Source of the DNA: Hadesarchaea archaeon
GTDB lineage: Archaea; Hadarchaeota; Hadarchaeia; Hadarchaeales; Hadarchaeaceae
NCBI GenBank assembly: GCA_030672285.1
Contig: DAOVGS010000046.1
Location: forward strand, 1-46,939
DNA: 46,939 bases
Direction: 5' to 3'
Shown: positions 18,310 through 26,214 of the stretch, one piece after another
How positions within the stretch are numbered: position 1 is the stretch's first letter
Layout: each line of letters begins with the position of its first letter
The notes under the pieces: generated by a model
Databases searched by the model: none
What the model was told of the DNA's origin: nothing
The model's input: the letters and a program-made list of their open reading frames with translations, nothing else
Program-made: the position numbers and the translations under genes

Positions 18310-18439
18310 CCACTCTCCCCCACATTCTCTTTTTCCGATATCTCTTTTCCTTTTCGGTGCAAAGCCCAGTATCACCCTAATTTTTGTGATCTCTCCTCAC
18401 GAGCCCTGGTCATTTTCACCTTCTTGATAGCCGTCAGGA

Positions 18440-18769
18440 TCACCCCGCGGCCTTCTCGGTCATGAGCCTCGTGAAATTCTCCTTTGAGATCTCGAATTGA
18501 AATCCGGCCTCTCGACCCCCTAGAGAACCTGAGCTCCTCCGGTTAATGAATGTCGTGAAGGGAGTGTCCTCACAGTCCTTCAGGACCATGACATCGTCGT
18601 GGCCGTGTCGCGGGTCTTTTCCCACAGACTGCTCGGTTAATTCAATAATGTCCAAGGGCCAGCACCATATTGCCCTCCGCGTCCCCCTCGAGGAGCGTGA
18701 GGGATAAGGTGCCCACAGCCGCCCTGTGTATGTATTGCCGCTAATGTTTTGGGCATAAGTTAAAATCAT
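18440..18769 (-). CDS. Orphan ORF, function unknown (possibly a gene fragment)
   Basis: 109-aa ORF with no motif I can name. It lies between two gene relics. Confidence 0.35.
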   Translation of the reverse strand: MILTYAQNISGNTYTGRLWAPYPSRSSRGTRRAIWCWPLDIIELTEQSVGKDPRHGHDDVMVLKDCEDTPFTTFINRRSSGSLGGREAGFQFEISKENFTRLMTEKAAG

Positions 18770-18784
18770 AAATATAGCATTAAC

Positions 18785-18835
18785 CTATTTTTTCTCCCCG
18801 AGCTTGGCCTTCAGCCGCTCGAGCTCGGCCTCCAT
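18785..18835 (-). pseudogene. Relic 3' end of a receiver-PAS gene (MEAELERLKAKLGEKK-stop)
   Basis: 43/46 nt identical to the 3' end of CDS 19892-20869 (..MEAEFERLKAKLGEK-stop). An in-frame TAG lies immediately upstream of the homology break at 18836. Confidence 0.7.
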
Positions 18836-18854
18836 CTAAATTGAAAGCCCAGTC

Positions 18855-19463
18855 CTATCTATATAGACTACTCATCTCCCAGATGTAACGTTTTTTTGGG
18901 GCGATGCCAAACTCCTCAAACAACGCATCAATCTGACGCTCTGCATTCGCCGGAATCATGATTGCCCCATTGCCGAGCTTTTCCCCATGAACTCGCTCGA
19001 GAAGCCCCACATAACGATATTTCTTTTTAACCGTGTGGGTGAAAAGGGCCGCATTGAATTTCAATTTTTGTGAATGGGGGAGTGAGCCGAGCCCATACGC
19101 ATAAATGATAGCTTGTTTTTCCCGCGCGATTGCCGCCGGTAGGAGCTCGGTGCCTGGCCGTTTGTAAAGCACGTACCCCTCGCGGAACACATTGTAAAAG
19201 AAACTCAGGTCTTCAGAAACCTCGTCCCTGCCCCTTTTCGAAAATACCAGCGGCAACTCACGAAATTCATCGAGTACATCTAGCAGTTTTTTTCCGACCT
19301 TTTTGATGTCGCTTTTCTTATCAAAGATGAGCAGCAGATCGATGTCCGAACGCTTGTCGGCCTCCCCCCTCGCATATGAACCGAAGAGGATGACTGCCTG
19401 CAAAGATGGGAGCCGCGCCAAACGATGCACGAGTTCATTCGGTAAGTCGAGATTCAACCTCAT
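18855..19463 (-). CDS. Nucleotidyltransferase-domain protein (MNT-like) with ~100-aa C-terminal extension
   Basis: AVILFGSYARGEADKRSDIDLLLIF (GS...DxD). Overlaps the upstream HEPN gene by 29 nt. Confidence 0.8.
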   Translation of the reverse strand: MRLNLDLPNELVHRLARLPSLQAVILFGSYARGEADKRSDIDLLLIFDKKSDIKKVGKKLLDVLDEFRELPLVFSKRGRDEVSEDLSFFYNVFREGYVLYKRPGTELLPAAIAREKQAIIYAYGLGSLPHSQKLKFNAALFTHTVKKKYRYVGLLERVHGEKLGNGAIMIPANAERQIDALFEEFGIAPKKRYIWEMSSLYR

Positions 19464-19755
19464 CGATAATCCTCCCCATTAACTCGATCGCCCGACTTGT
19501 CCTCTCACCATCTTCACGTCGATAGGAGCCACTATAGAGATCAAGGAGTTCGGTAAATCCCCTCCCAACCTCATCGCTAATCGTATATGCGATACGCTTT
19601 GCGTCCGCGTGACTGTCGATTCTACGGTTGAGTTTGCTTGCATAGGCTTTTAACGCAAACTCGGCTGCCTTGAAAGCATTCTGGATAACCACGGCTGGAC
19701 TCTCCATTGTCCTTGCCGCTTTCGCGAACTCCTCCGCATCTCGTAGGTATTCCAC
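19435..19755 (-). CDS. HEPN-domain protein
   Basis: GTG start. Helical sequence with an R-x4-H motif in LNRRIDSHADAKR. Paired with the NTase gene. Confidence 0.7.
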   Translation of the reverse strand: MEYLRDAEEFAKAARTMESPAVVIQNAFKAAEFALKAYASKLNRRIDSHADAKRIAYTISDEVGRGFTELLDLYSGSYRREDGERTSRAIELMGRIIDEVESRLTE

Positions 19756-19891
19756 GCCCTTCCCATACGATATTAAAAAGAAGTCATAATATTTAAGCTT
19801 TTTATACAGTATGAAACTTGTTTAATACGTTGCGAAAAGGCGGCAAATTCTGTCCACTTTTCAATATTGTATTAAAATATTGTTACCTGTT

Positions 19892-20869
19892 TTATTTCTC
19901 CCCGAGTTTGGCCTTCAGTCGCTCGAACTCGGCCTCCATCCGCTTCATCTTCAGCTCCCGGCCCACCACCACTTCGTGGAACTCCTCGAGCTCCTTGACC
20001 CTTGCCGCGAGCTGCTCCTCCGCCCGCTTGCGCTCGGTGATGTCCCGTGCTATGCCGAATCTGCCAAGGAATTTGCCGTCCGTGTATATCGAGGATATGT
20101 TGAGCTCAACGATTCCGATGGTGCCATCCTTCTTTGCTACCTCCACTTCGTAGCTATCGCGGGTACTGGCGCCCTCCTTTGCCCGTTCGAAATAATGTAC
20201 TGCTATCTCCCGACCTTTTGGCGTTAGAACCTCGGTGAAGTGTTTTCCAATAACATCCTTGTGCACGTAACCGAACATTTCTGAACTCCTATGGTTGGCG
20301 GTAGTGAAATATCCATCCTTATCCAAGGAGAATAGCAGATCGTCCACGTTCTCCCAGAGGTTGCGGTACGCCCTCTCCGATCTTTCCAGATCCAGCATCT
20401 TCTTCTCCAGCTTATTAACCAAGCGCTCGCTGTAGAGCTTGAATACCTCTTTCTCCTCTTCCAAAGCCGGCTTCTCCCGCCTTATCTTGCCCTCCTCTAT
20501 ATCTCTAATCACACCTTGTATGATCTTTATGAACTCATCCGGCTCAGCGGGCTTCCGAATGTACTTGGCCACTCCCAGTTTTAAGGCGAGCTCCTCATCT
20601 TTTTCATCTGTATATGTGGCCGTGTAAAAAACAAAGGTGATATCCTTCAGCTTGTCGTCCCCCTTGCACTCCCTGCAAAGCTGAAACCCATCCATTACCG
20701 GCATTAGAATATCTGAGATGATCATGCCAAAGCGTTCGGGTTCGGCGCGGAGCTTTTCAAGGGCTTTCGCTCCATTTCCAGCCGATACGACCTCGTAACC
20801 GCTCCCCTTTAGCAATGTCTCCAATAGGTAGAGGTTCTCTTTCTTGTCGTCCACGATAAGGATATTCAT
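19892..20869 (-). CDS. Response regulator: receiver domain + PAS domain
   Basis: MNILIVDDKKEN....MIISDILMPVMDG....KP. (receiver), then the PAS segment AYRNLWENVDDLLFSLDKDGYFTTAN..., ending ..[16 protein letters not shown]. Confidence 0.85.
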   Translation of the reverse strand: MNILIVDDKKENLYLLETLLKGSGYEVVSAGNGAKALEKLRAEPERFGMIISDILMPVMDGFQLCRECKGDDKLKDITFVFYTATYTDEKDEELALKLGVAKYIRKPAEPDEFIKIIQGVIRDIEEGKIRREKPALEEEKEVFKLYSERLVNKLEKKMLDLERSERAYRNLWENVDDLLFSLDKDGYFTTANHRSSEMFGYVHKDVIGKHFTEVLTPKGREIAVHYFERAKEGASTRDSYEVEVAKKDGTIGIVELNISSIYTDGKFLGRFGIARDITERKRAEEQLAARVKELEEFHEVVVGRELKMKRMEAEFERLKAKLGEK

Positions 20870-20902
20870 TTTCCTCCCCTCTGATTAATGAACCTCGTGT
20901 GT

Positions 20903-21262
20903 TCATAAATATTTTTTTATCTCCGCGATGAAGGTCTCGGGATTGATGGGTTTTTCGATGTAGCCGGTGCAGCCAGCTGCTAGGGCCTTTTCTCTATCTC
21001 CGACCATTGCATAGGAAGTCAGAGCTATTATGGGAATCTTGCCATTTGCTTCGGAGTCTCTTATACGCCTTGTAGCCTCCAAGCCGTCGATGTCTGGAAG
21101 TTGAATATCCATGAGTACTAAGTCCGGCTTCTCTTTTGTTGCAAGGTCAATGCCCTCCTTCCCTGTCCTCGCCTCAATAACCCCAAACCCGTTTTTCTTG
21201 AGCATAAAGGAAATCAGGTACATGTTGGTTTCGTTGTCCTCAACTACCAGTATCTTTTTCAT
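20903..21262 (-). CDS. Single-domain CheY-like response regulator
   Basis: MKKILVVEDNETN...PDLVLMDIQLPDIDG...IIALTS......GC.GYIEKP. Its ATG overlaps the kinase stop (ATGA). Confidence 0.9.
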   Translation of the reverse strand: MKKILVVEDNETNMYLISFMLKKNGFGVIEARTGKEGIDLATKEKPDLVLMDIQLPDIDGLEATRRIRDSEANGKIPIIALTSYAMVGDREKALAAGCTGYIEKPINPETFIAEIKKYL

Positions 21263-23532
21263 GTTTTTGCCTCCTCATGTTTTAATGGCAATGTGAATGT
21301 AAACACACTGCCCTTCCCAAACTCACTCTCGGCCTTGATCTCGCCGCCGAGAATGTCAACTATCTTTTTGGAGAGGTAGAGCCCGAGCCCCGTGCCTTCC
21401 TGCTTTGGTCTGCCCTCGGTAGGGGGCTGGCTGAATGGCTTAAACAACATGCCCATGTGCTCTTTTTTTATCCCGATGCCGGTATCCCTGACCGATACCT
21501 CCACTTTCCCATCTTCTTTCGCCACCTTCATCTCTACCTTTCCTTTATCTGTAAATTTCAGGGCGTTGCTCACGAAATTCATGAGAATCTGTTTCGTCCT
21601 TCGCTTGTCGCTCTTGATTACCAACTCCTTAGGCGTCGCGAGGGAGAGCTCGAGGTCTTTTTCCTCCGCGGCAACCTTAAATGAGTCTTTTATCTCCTGT
21701 GCAATATTTGACAGGTTGAACTCCTCTATGTCAAGTTCTATCTTGCCTGCCTCTATCTTGCTCATGTCGATTATGTCGTTTATGAGGGACAAGAGGTGAT
21801 CGGCGCTGTTTTTTACCATCGTGAGCTGCTTCTTCTGCTCTTCTGTGATCTCCCCAGCTACACCTTGTAACATTATGCCCGTGAATCCGATAATGGAGTT
21901 CAGCGGCGTCCTCAGCTCGTGGCTCATGCTTGCGATGAACATGCTCTTGAGGCGGTCGAGTTCCTGGAGGCGGATATTTGCCTCACCTAGTTCCTTATTT
22001 ATGGATTGTAGTTCTTTTGTCTTTTCTGTAACCTCTTCCTCCAACTTTTTGCTATACCGTTCGAGTCGTTTTAGTTGCAAGTAAACACCAGAAATTGCCA
22101 AGGTTACTGTACCCACGATTGAACCTATGAGCAAATAGTACGGCCAGACCGGTGGCGAGGCCTTATTTGCTATGGCCAGCTCAGCGGCGCTCGTAGCTTC
22201 TTTTGCTAACCCGCACGCTTCGTCGTGGTCAAAGGATGATTCATACATGACCTGCGCTTCGGCGAGCAGCATTTCTGCTCTTGCAAGGAAGTATTGTCCT
22301 TTCTCTGTTAACGACACCGCCTTGGCTTCTGTTACGGTGTCCTGAGCAGCAGCCATTGCGTTTTCTGCTACATGCATGGGGTTCACCACCCATTCATCAA
22401 GATAAGCGTCAAGTGCCTCTGGATCATCATATTTTCCCTGGATGACGCTATGATGTCCAATCAGCCGCAAACAAATCTCAGTTACTGCATCGTACCGGGC
22501 TGCCGCGATTTCCTCATCGTAGTTCTCTTCAACTTTTGCGACGACGCCCAACTCTTCTACGCTTAGCATTCTTTCTGGTAACTCGATGTCAGACCTCAGC
22601 ACAGCCTCATAACGACTCTCAACCCATGCACGCTGCCCCTCTTCGCTCAGCGTCCAATCCACCCAAAGCTTTGCATTCCCCTCATGTCTTGCTCCACTCA
22701 ATACAGCGGTGTACAGGACATAGATGTTGGTGCCTTCAACGGGCCATACCCACTCAACGGGATATCCCCTTTCAGCGTACTCGTACCAGTATGCGTGTTT
22801 TGTCAGGACAGCGGCGTGTTCTCCTTCAGCGGTTGACGTATTTGCTTTTCCCGTTGTGGTAGTGAACTCATCAACCAAAGAGGCTAAGTGGATGCTCGCA
22901 TTCCACCCTTGAACCCATCCGAAGTGTGCAAGCATTACCTCTATGTGTCCGTGAGCAATTCTACTTAAGATCGGGGAACCCATGACTATGCGGCCGCTAT
23001 AATCCGTGTTAAAAGTTAGGTCCGAGTACCCTTGTGGCACCGGTAACCCTTCACTTTGAAGAACTTCCGTATTCACCATTATTCCATAAGCCGAAATACT
23101 AAATCCCGTGTAATAACCCTCGGGATTTTTTCCCACCAGAGTTCCGAGAACCGTTTCAGGGATAAACATTGCATTTGGGCTACTGTAAGGCTCAAGGTAA
23201 CCCCCTATCCTAAGACGGTCAATCTCCTCATACGCTATACTTGCAACGACATCCTCATATGGGTGTTTTTCTTGTGTCTCGACATGGCCCATGACCTCAA
23301 CCCCGCCCATGCGCACGTGCTCAACCTCGATTGTTTTACCTGTCTGCTCAAAATACCAATTCTCAAACTTCTCTATGTATGGATCCAAGTATTTTGAAGG
23401 GGTTGGCATCAGGAGTACAAGTTGCTCTTGTTGGGCTTGAACTGGCCGGATAAAGAGTAGGATGGCTAGGGATAACAAGACAAGTAATACAGTTCCTTTT
23501 CTCAACCCATTTCCAATCATATCTTTGTCCAT
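21259..23532 (-). CDS. Sensor histidine kinase with extracellular ABC-type solute-binding (PBP2, Fe3+/polyamine-like) domain
   Basis: Signal/TM (GTVLLVLLSLAILLFI), ~430-aa PBP-like ectodomain, TM (WPYYLLIGSIVGTVTLAISGVYL), H-box SMSHELRTPLNSIIG, HATPase (NFVSNALKFT, DTGIGI, GTGLGLYLS). ATG 23532 (TGAGGT upstream) is preferred over 23613. Confidence 0.85.
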   Translation of the reverse strand: MDKDMIGNGLRKGTVLLVLLSLAILLFIRPVQAQQEQLVLLMPTPSKYLDPYIEKFENWYFEQTGKTIEVEHVRMGGVEVMGHVETQEKHPYEDVVASIAYEEIDRLRIGGYLEPYSSPNAMFIPETVLGTLVGKNPEGYYTGFSISAYGIMVNTEVLQSEGLPVPQGYSDLTFNTDYSGRIVMGSPILSRIAHGHIEVMLAHFGWVQGWNASIHLASLVDEFTTTTGKANTSTAEGEHAAVLTKHAYWYEYAERGYPVEWVWPVEGTNIYVLYTAVLSGARHEGNAKLWVDWTLSEEGQRAWVESRYEAVLRSDIELPERMLSVEELGVVAKVEENYDEEIAAARYDAVTEICLRLIGHHSVIQGKYDDPEALDAYLDEWVVNPMHVAENAMAAAQDTVTEAKAVSLTEKGQYFLARAEMLLAEAQVMYESSFDHDEACGLAKEATSAAELAIANKASPPVWPYYLLIGSIVGTVTLAISGVYLQLKRLERYSKKLEEEVTEKTKELQSINKELGEANIRLQELDRLKSMFIASMSHELRTPLNSIIGFTGIMLQGVAGEITEEQKKQLTMVKNSADHLLSLINDIIDMSKIEAGKIELDIEEFNLSNIAQEIKDSFKVAAEEKDLELSLATPKELVIKSDKRRTKQILMNFVSNALKFTDKGKVEMKVAKEDGKVEVSVRDTGIGIKKEHMGMLFKPFSQPPTEGRPKQEGTGLGLYLSKKIVDILGGEIKAESEFGKGSVFTFTLPLKHEEAKT

Positions 23533-23566
23533 TCTAACAACCTCAATACTGAAACGGCGTGCATAT

Positions 23567-24793
23567 CTACCCTGACTCCCAAATGGCTTGGTAGTTGTCC
23601 AGCGTGGCACCAACGTTTTCGCCTTCCCACACTATCTCCCAAAAGGCATCCTGCCACAGCTCCGTTAGCTCGGAATAATTTGCTATCGCCGGTCTGGCAA
23701 GCGCGGACCTAAGGGTTTGTCTGTAGGGCATCAGAAGCGTATATTTTCCTGGATCAACTTCTTGCAAGTGGTCCCAAGCGTCGTCTCTGACTGGCAGCCA
23801 CCCTATATGTTGCAGTTGCAGCCCTTGACCCCTTTTGGAAGCGAGGAACTTCACGAATTCCCAAGCTAGGTTTTTATGGGGTGCAACTTTAGATATGGCA
23901 AGGAAACCCCCACCTACCGTGGTACCCCTACCTATTGGACCCACAGGCGTCGGAAATGCATTTATTTTTCCTGTTAGACCCTCTTCTTCAAGTATGGTGG
24001 CTTGGTAGGGCCAGTTGAAGTTTACATATATCTCCTCACCAGAAATAGAATTCGGTATAGTTCCCTCATCCCATGTCTTACTATCAGGGTGTAGGTAATC
24101 GCCCAAGTCCTGTAAGAATTCGAATGCATTCACGTTGGGTTCTGAATTAAACTTTAGGTAGTCCCCCCCATAAGCCTTAATGAATATGGCCACTTCGCAC
24201 GTTAGGCCCTCGTATTTTTTAGCCTTCATCCCCACCCGTCCGATACCCTCACTCTCGTAGAGGGTTCTTGCCACTGTGAGTAAATTCTCCATGGTTTCTG
24301 GGGGCTCAAGCCCGTGTTCTGCCAGCTTTTCCGTGTTTACGTACATGGTCAAAGCATCTGCTCTCCAAGGAATGAAGTATATCTGCTCTTCAAACACACC
24401 CAACCGTTTCTTATCCGCGTAAAGGTCGTCCCACTCTCCCCATGCTTCAACTTCATCGGTTAGATCGTAAACATAGTCCCTAGTTGTTGTCACCGCAAAA
24501 TCATCTATGGTAACAACATCGGCAATGCCTCTGCCAGCCTCGACCTCGGCTTTGAGGTTTTCGGACAGTTCTCCCCAGGCTCCCCCATACAATTTAACTT
24601 CAACCCTGATCCCTGTCTCTCTTGTGAACTCATCAACCAGGGGCTTGTAAAGCTCCCACTCATCATCCAGCATGGCAGCATACCAAGTGATCTTCTCAGG
24701 GGCAACGGCTGTTGTCATGTACCAATACCCCACACCTACGATGGCGAATCCAATAACAACTATTACAATCGCTTGCACTCTTGTTATTTTCAA
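23567..24793 (-). CDS. Orphan extracellular solute-binding protein (ABC family-1, sugar-type) with no adjacent permease or ATPase
   Basis: TTG start with GGGAGG upstream. N-terminal anchor IVIVVIGFAIVGVGYWY. SBP_bac_1-like sequence (ITWYAAMLDDEWELYKPLVDEFTRETGIRVEV...). Confidence 0.8.
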   Translation of the reverse strand: MKITRVQAIVIVVIGFAIVGVGYWYMTTAVAPEKITWYAAMLDDEWELYKPLVDEFTRETGIRVEVKLYGGAWGELSENLKAEVEAGRGIADVVTIDDFAVTTTRDYVYDLTDEVEAWGEWDDLYADKKRLGVFEEQIYFIPWRADALTMYVNTEKLAEHGLEPPETMENLLTVARTLYESEGIGRVGMKAKKYEGLTCEVAIFIKAYGGDYLKFNSEPNVNAFEFLQDLGDYLHPDSKTWDEGTIPNSISGEEIYVNFNWPYQATILEEEGLTGKINAFPTPVGPIGRGTTVGGGFLAISKVAPHKNLAWEFVKFLASKRGQGLQLQHIGWLPVRDDAWDHLQEVDPGKYTLLMPYRQTLRSALARPAIANYSELTELWQDAFWEIVWEGENVGATLDNYQAIWESG

Positions 24794-24817
24794 ACCTTTA
24801 TCCTCCCTATTTCTACT

Positions 24818-24981
24818 TCAAACCACCTCTTTCACGATATCATCGAGCCCAAATCCTCACGGAAGACTTCCATCTTTTCGGCTTCTATCTTAGATATGTC
24901 CAGAAGGTCGTTAATCAGGCTCAGAAAGTGTTCTCCTCTATCTCGCTCCAAGCGCCGCCCCATTAACTTATTGGCGCTCAT
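24818..24981 (-). pseudogene. Histidine-kinase relic (HisKA helix-2 fragment, frameshifted and truncated)
   Basis: My translation gives MSANKLMGRRLERDRGEHFLSLINDLLDISKIEAEKMEVFREDLGSMIS-stop. The +1 frame then reads LDDIVKEVV-stop. There is no H-box and no HATPase domain. Confidence 0.6.
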
Positions 24982-25026
24982 CTATTAAAATTATTGTATG
25001 GGTAATCCCAACTTGGGAAGCTAAGT

Positions 25027-25398
25027 TTACCCACCAACCATCTTCTTCACCCTTCGAACTAAGTCCTCGTTATCGAAGGGCTTCTGGATGTAATCCAAAA
25101 TCTCCAGCTTGCGCAGATCCTCCCGCCCCACCTCACCGAACGATGCGACGGTGAGGAATGCCAGCTTGAGGTCCTTGAGCTTTGGGTCCGCACGGATCTC
25201 AGCGGTAAGCCCCCTGCCGGTCATCTCCGGCATGAAGAAGTCTATCAGGACCAAATCGACCCGCTCCTTCCTCAATTTCTCTAGGGCTTCGGCCCCGCTC
25301 AGAGCAGTCACGACCTCAAAACCCTTGCCCTCCAGGAGAAGCTTAACCGTTTCACACAGGTCCACCTCATCGTCGACAACCATCACCTTTTTTGCCAC
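25027..25398 (-). CDS. Single-domain response regulator
   Basis: GTG start. KKVMVVDDEVD...VDLVLIDFFMPEMTG...LT......IQKP. Confidence 0.9.
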   Translation of the reverse strand: MAKKVMVVDDEVDLCETVKLLLEGKGFEVVTALSGAEALEKLRKERVDLVLIDFFMPEMTGRGLTAEIRADPKLKDLKLAFLTVASFGEVGREDLRKLEILDYIQKPFDNEDLVRRVKKMVGG

Positions 25399-25442
25399 TT
25401 CGTTCCCCCTTTTCCAAATGAACTTGTCGTCTTATTAAATAA

Positions 25443-25475
25443 TATGTGTAAATACATACATATGTCCTGTACATA
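25443..25475. promoter_or_regulatory. Two adjacent TATGT-N5/6-ACATA inverted repeats in a divergent promoter region
   Basis: tatgt gtaaat acata (25443-25458), then ca, then tatgt cctgt acata (25461-25475). Lies between the receiver gene (start 25398, minus) and the KaiC-like gene (start 25494, plus). Confidence 0.35.
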
Positions 25476-25493
25476 ATAAATGGGTGAGATTTG

Positions 25494-26078
25494 ATGCTCA
25501 AACAACAGCTCGATAAACGCCAAATCGTTGCCTTGGTCATTACGGCTGAGCGGTATCGGGATGAATTAGAAAGGCTCATCAAATTCTCCGACAAACACGG
25601 TAAAAAAATATGCTACGTCTCCCTCAACGTGCCCCACCAAACGCTGACCGAGATTTTCAAGCGGTGCAAGGTTGACCCAAAGAAGTTCTTCATCGTGGAT
25701 GCCGTAACCTCGACCGTGATGACCCCCAAACCCACGAGGGGCGTTAGCTTCGTCTCGAGCCCCCGCGCCATGACGGAGTTGGGGATTCAGATAAGCGAAA
25801 CCTACAAGAAGCATAAGTTCGACCTGATGCTCTTTGACTCCCTCTCGACGCTGCTAGCCCACGGGGATGGGCAGGATGTCCAGCAGTTCATCCACACGCT
25901 CACCGTGCGCATCCGTACTTTCAACGCCCGCGCAATCTTTCCAGTCCTGCGCAAAGACATGGACTCGAAGATAATGAAGGACCTGAACATGTTCATGGAT
26001 GCTGTGATCGATGCCACGGTCGAGCGCATGATGCAGCAAGAGAAACTCAAAGAACTGAAAGCGATTATAGGCAGATGA
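25494..26078 (+). CDS. RecA/KaiC-superfamily-like protein lacking a Walker A motif (probably inactive paralogue)
   Basis: Length and layout resemble the neighbouring KaiC-like protein, and a Walker-B-like FDLMLFDSLSTLL is present. No GxxGxGKT motif is found. Confidence 0.45.
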   Translation: MLKQQLDKRQIVALVITAERYRDELERLIKFSDKHGKKICYVSLNVPHQTLTEIFKRCKVDPKKFFIVDAVTSTVMTPKPTRGVSFVSSPRAMTELGIQISETYKKHKFDLMLFDSLSTLLAHGDGQDVQQFIHTLTVRIRTFNARAIFPVLRKDMDSKIMKDLNMFMDAVIDATVERMMQQEKLKELKAIIGR

Positions 26079-26214
26079 TTTCAAACTCGAATGTTTTGTC
26101 GTAGAAGTTCGAGAAAGATGTGATCAGCTCCGGGCCTAACTCCTTTTCAATCGAAACGATTTATTCGGCAGTGGTACTTATAAAATATGCCCGTATAAAT
26201 CATATAGTGGTGGT

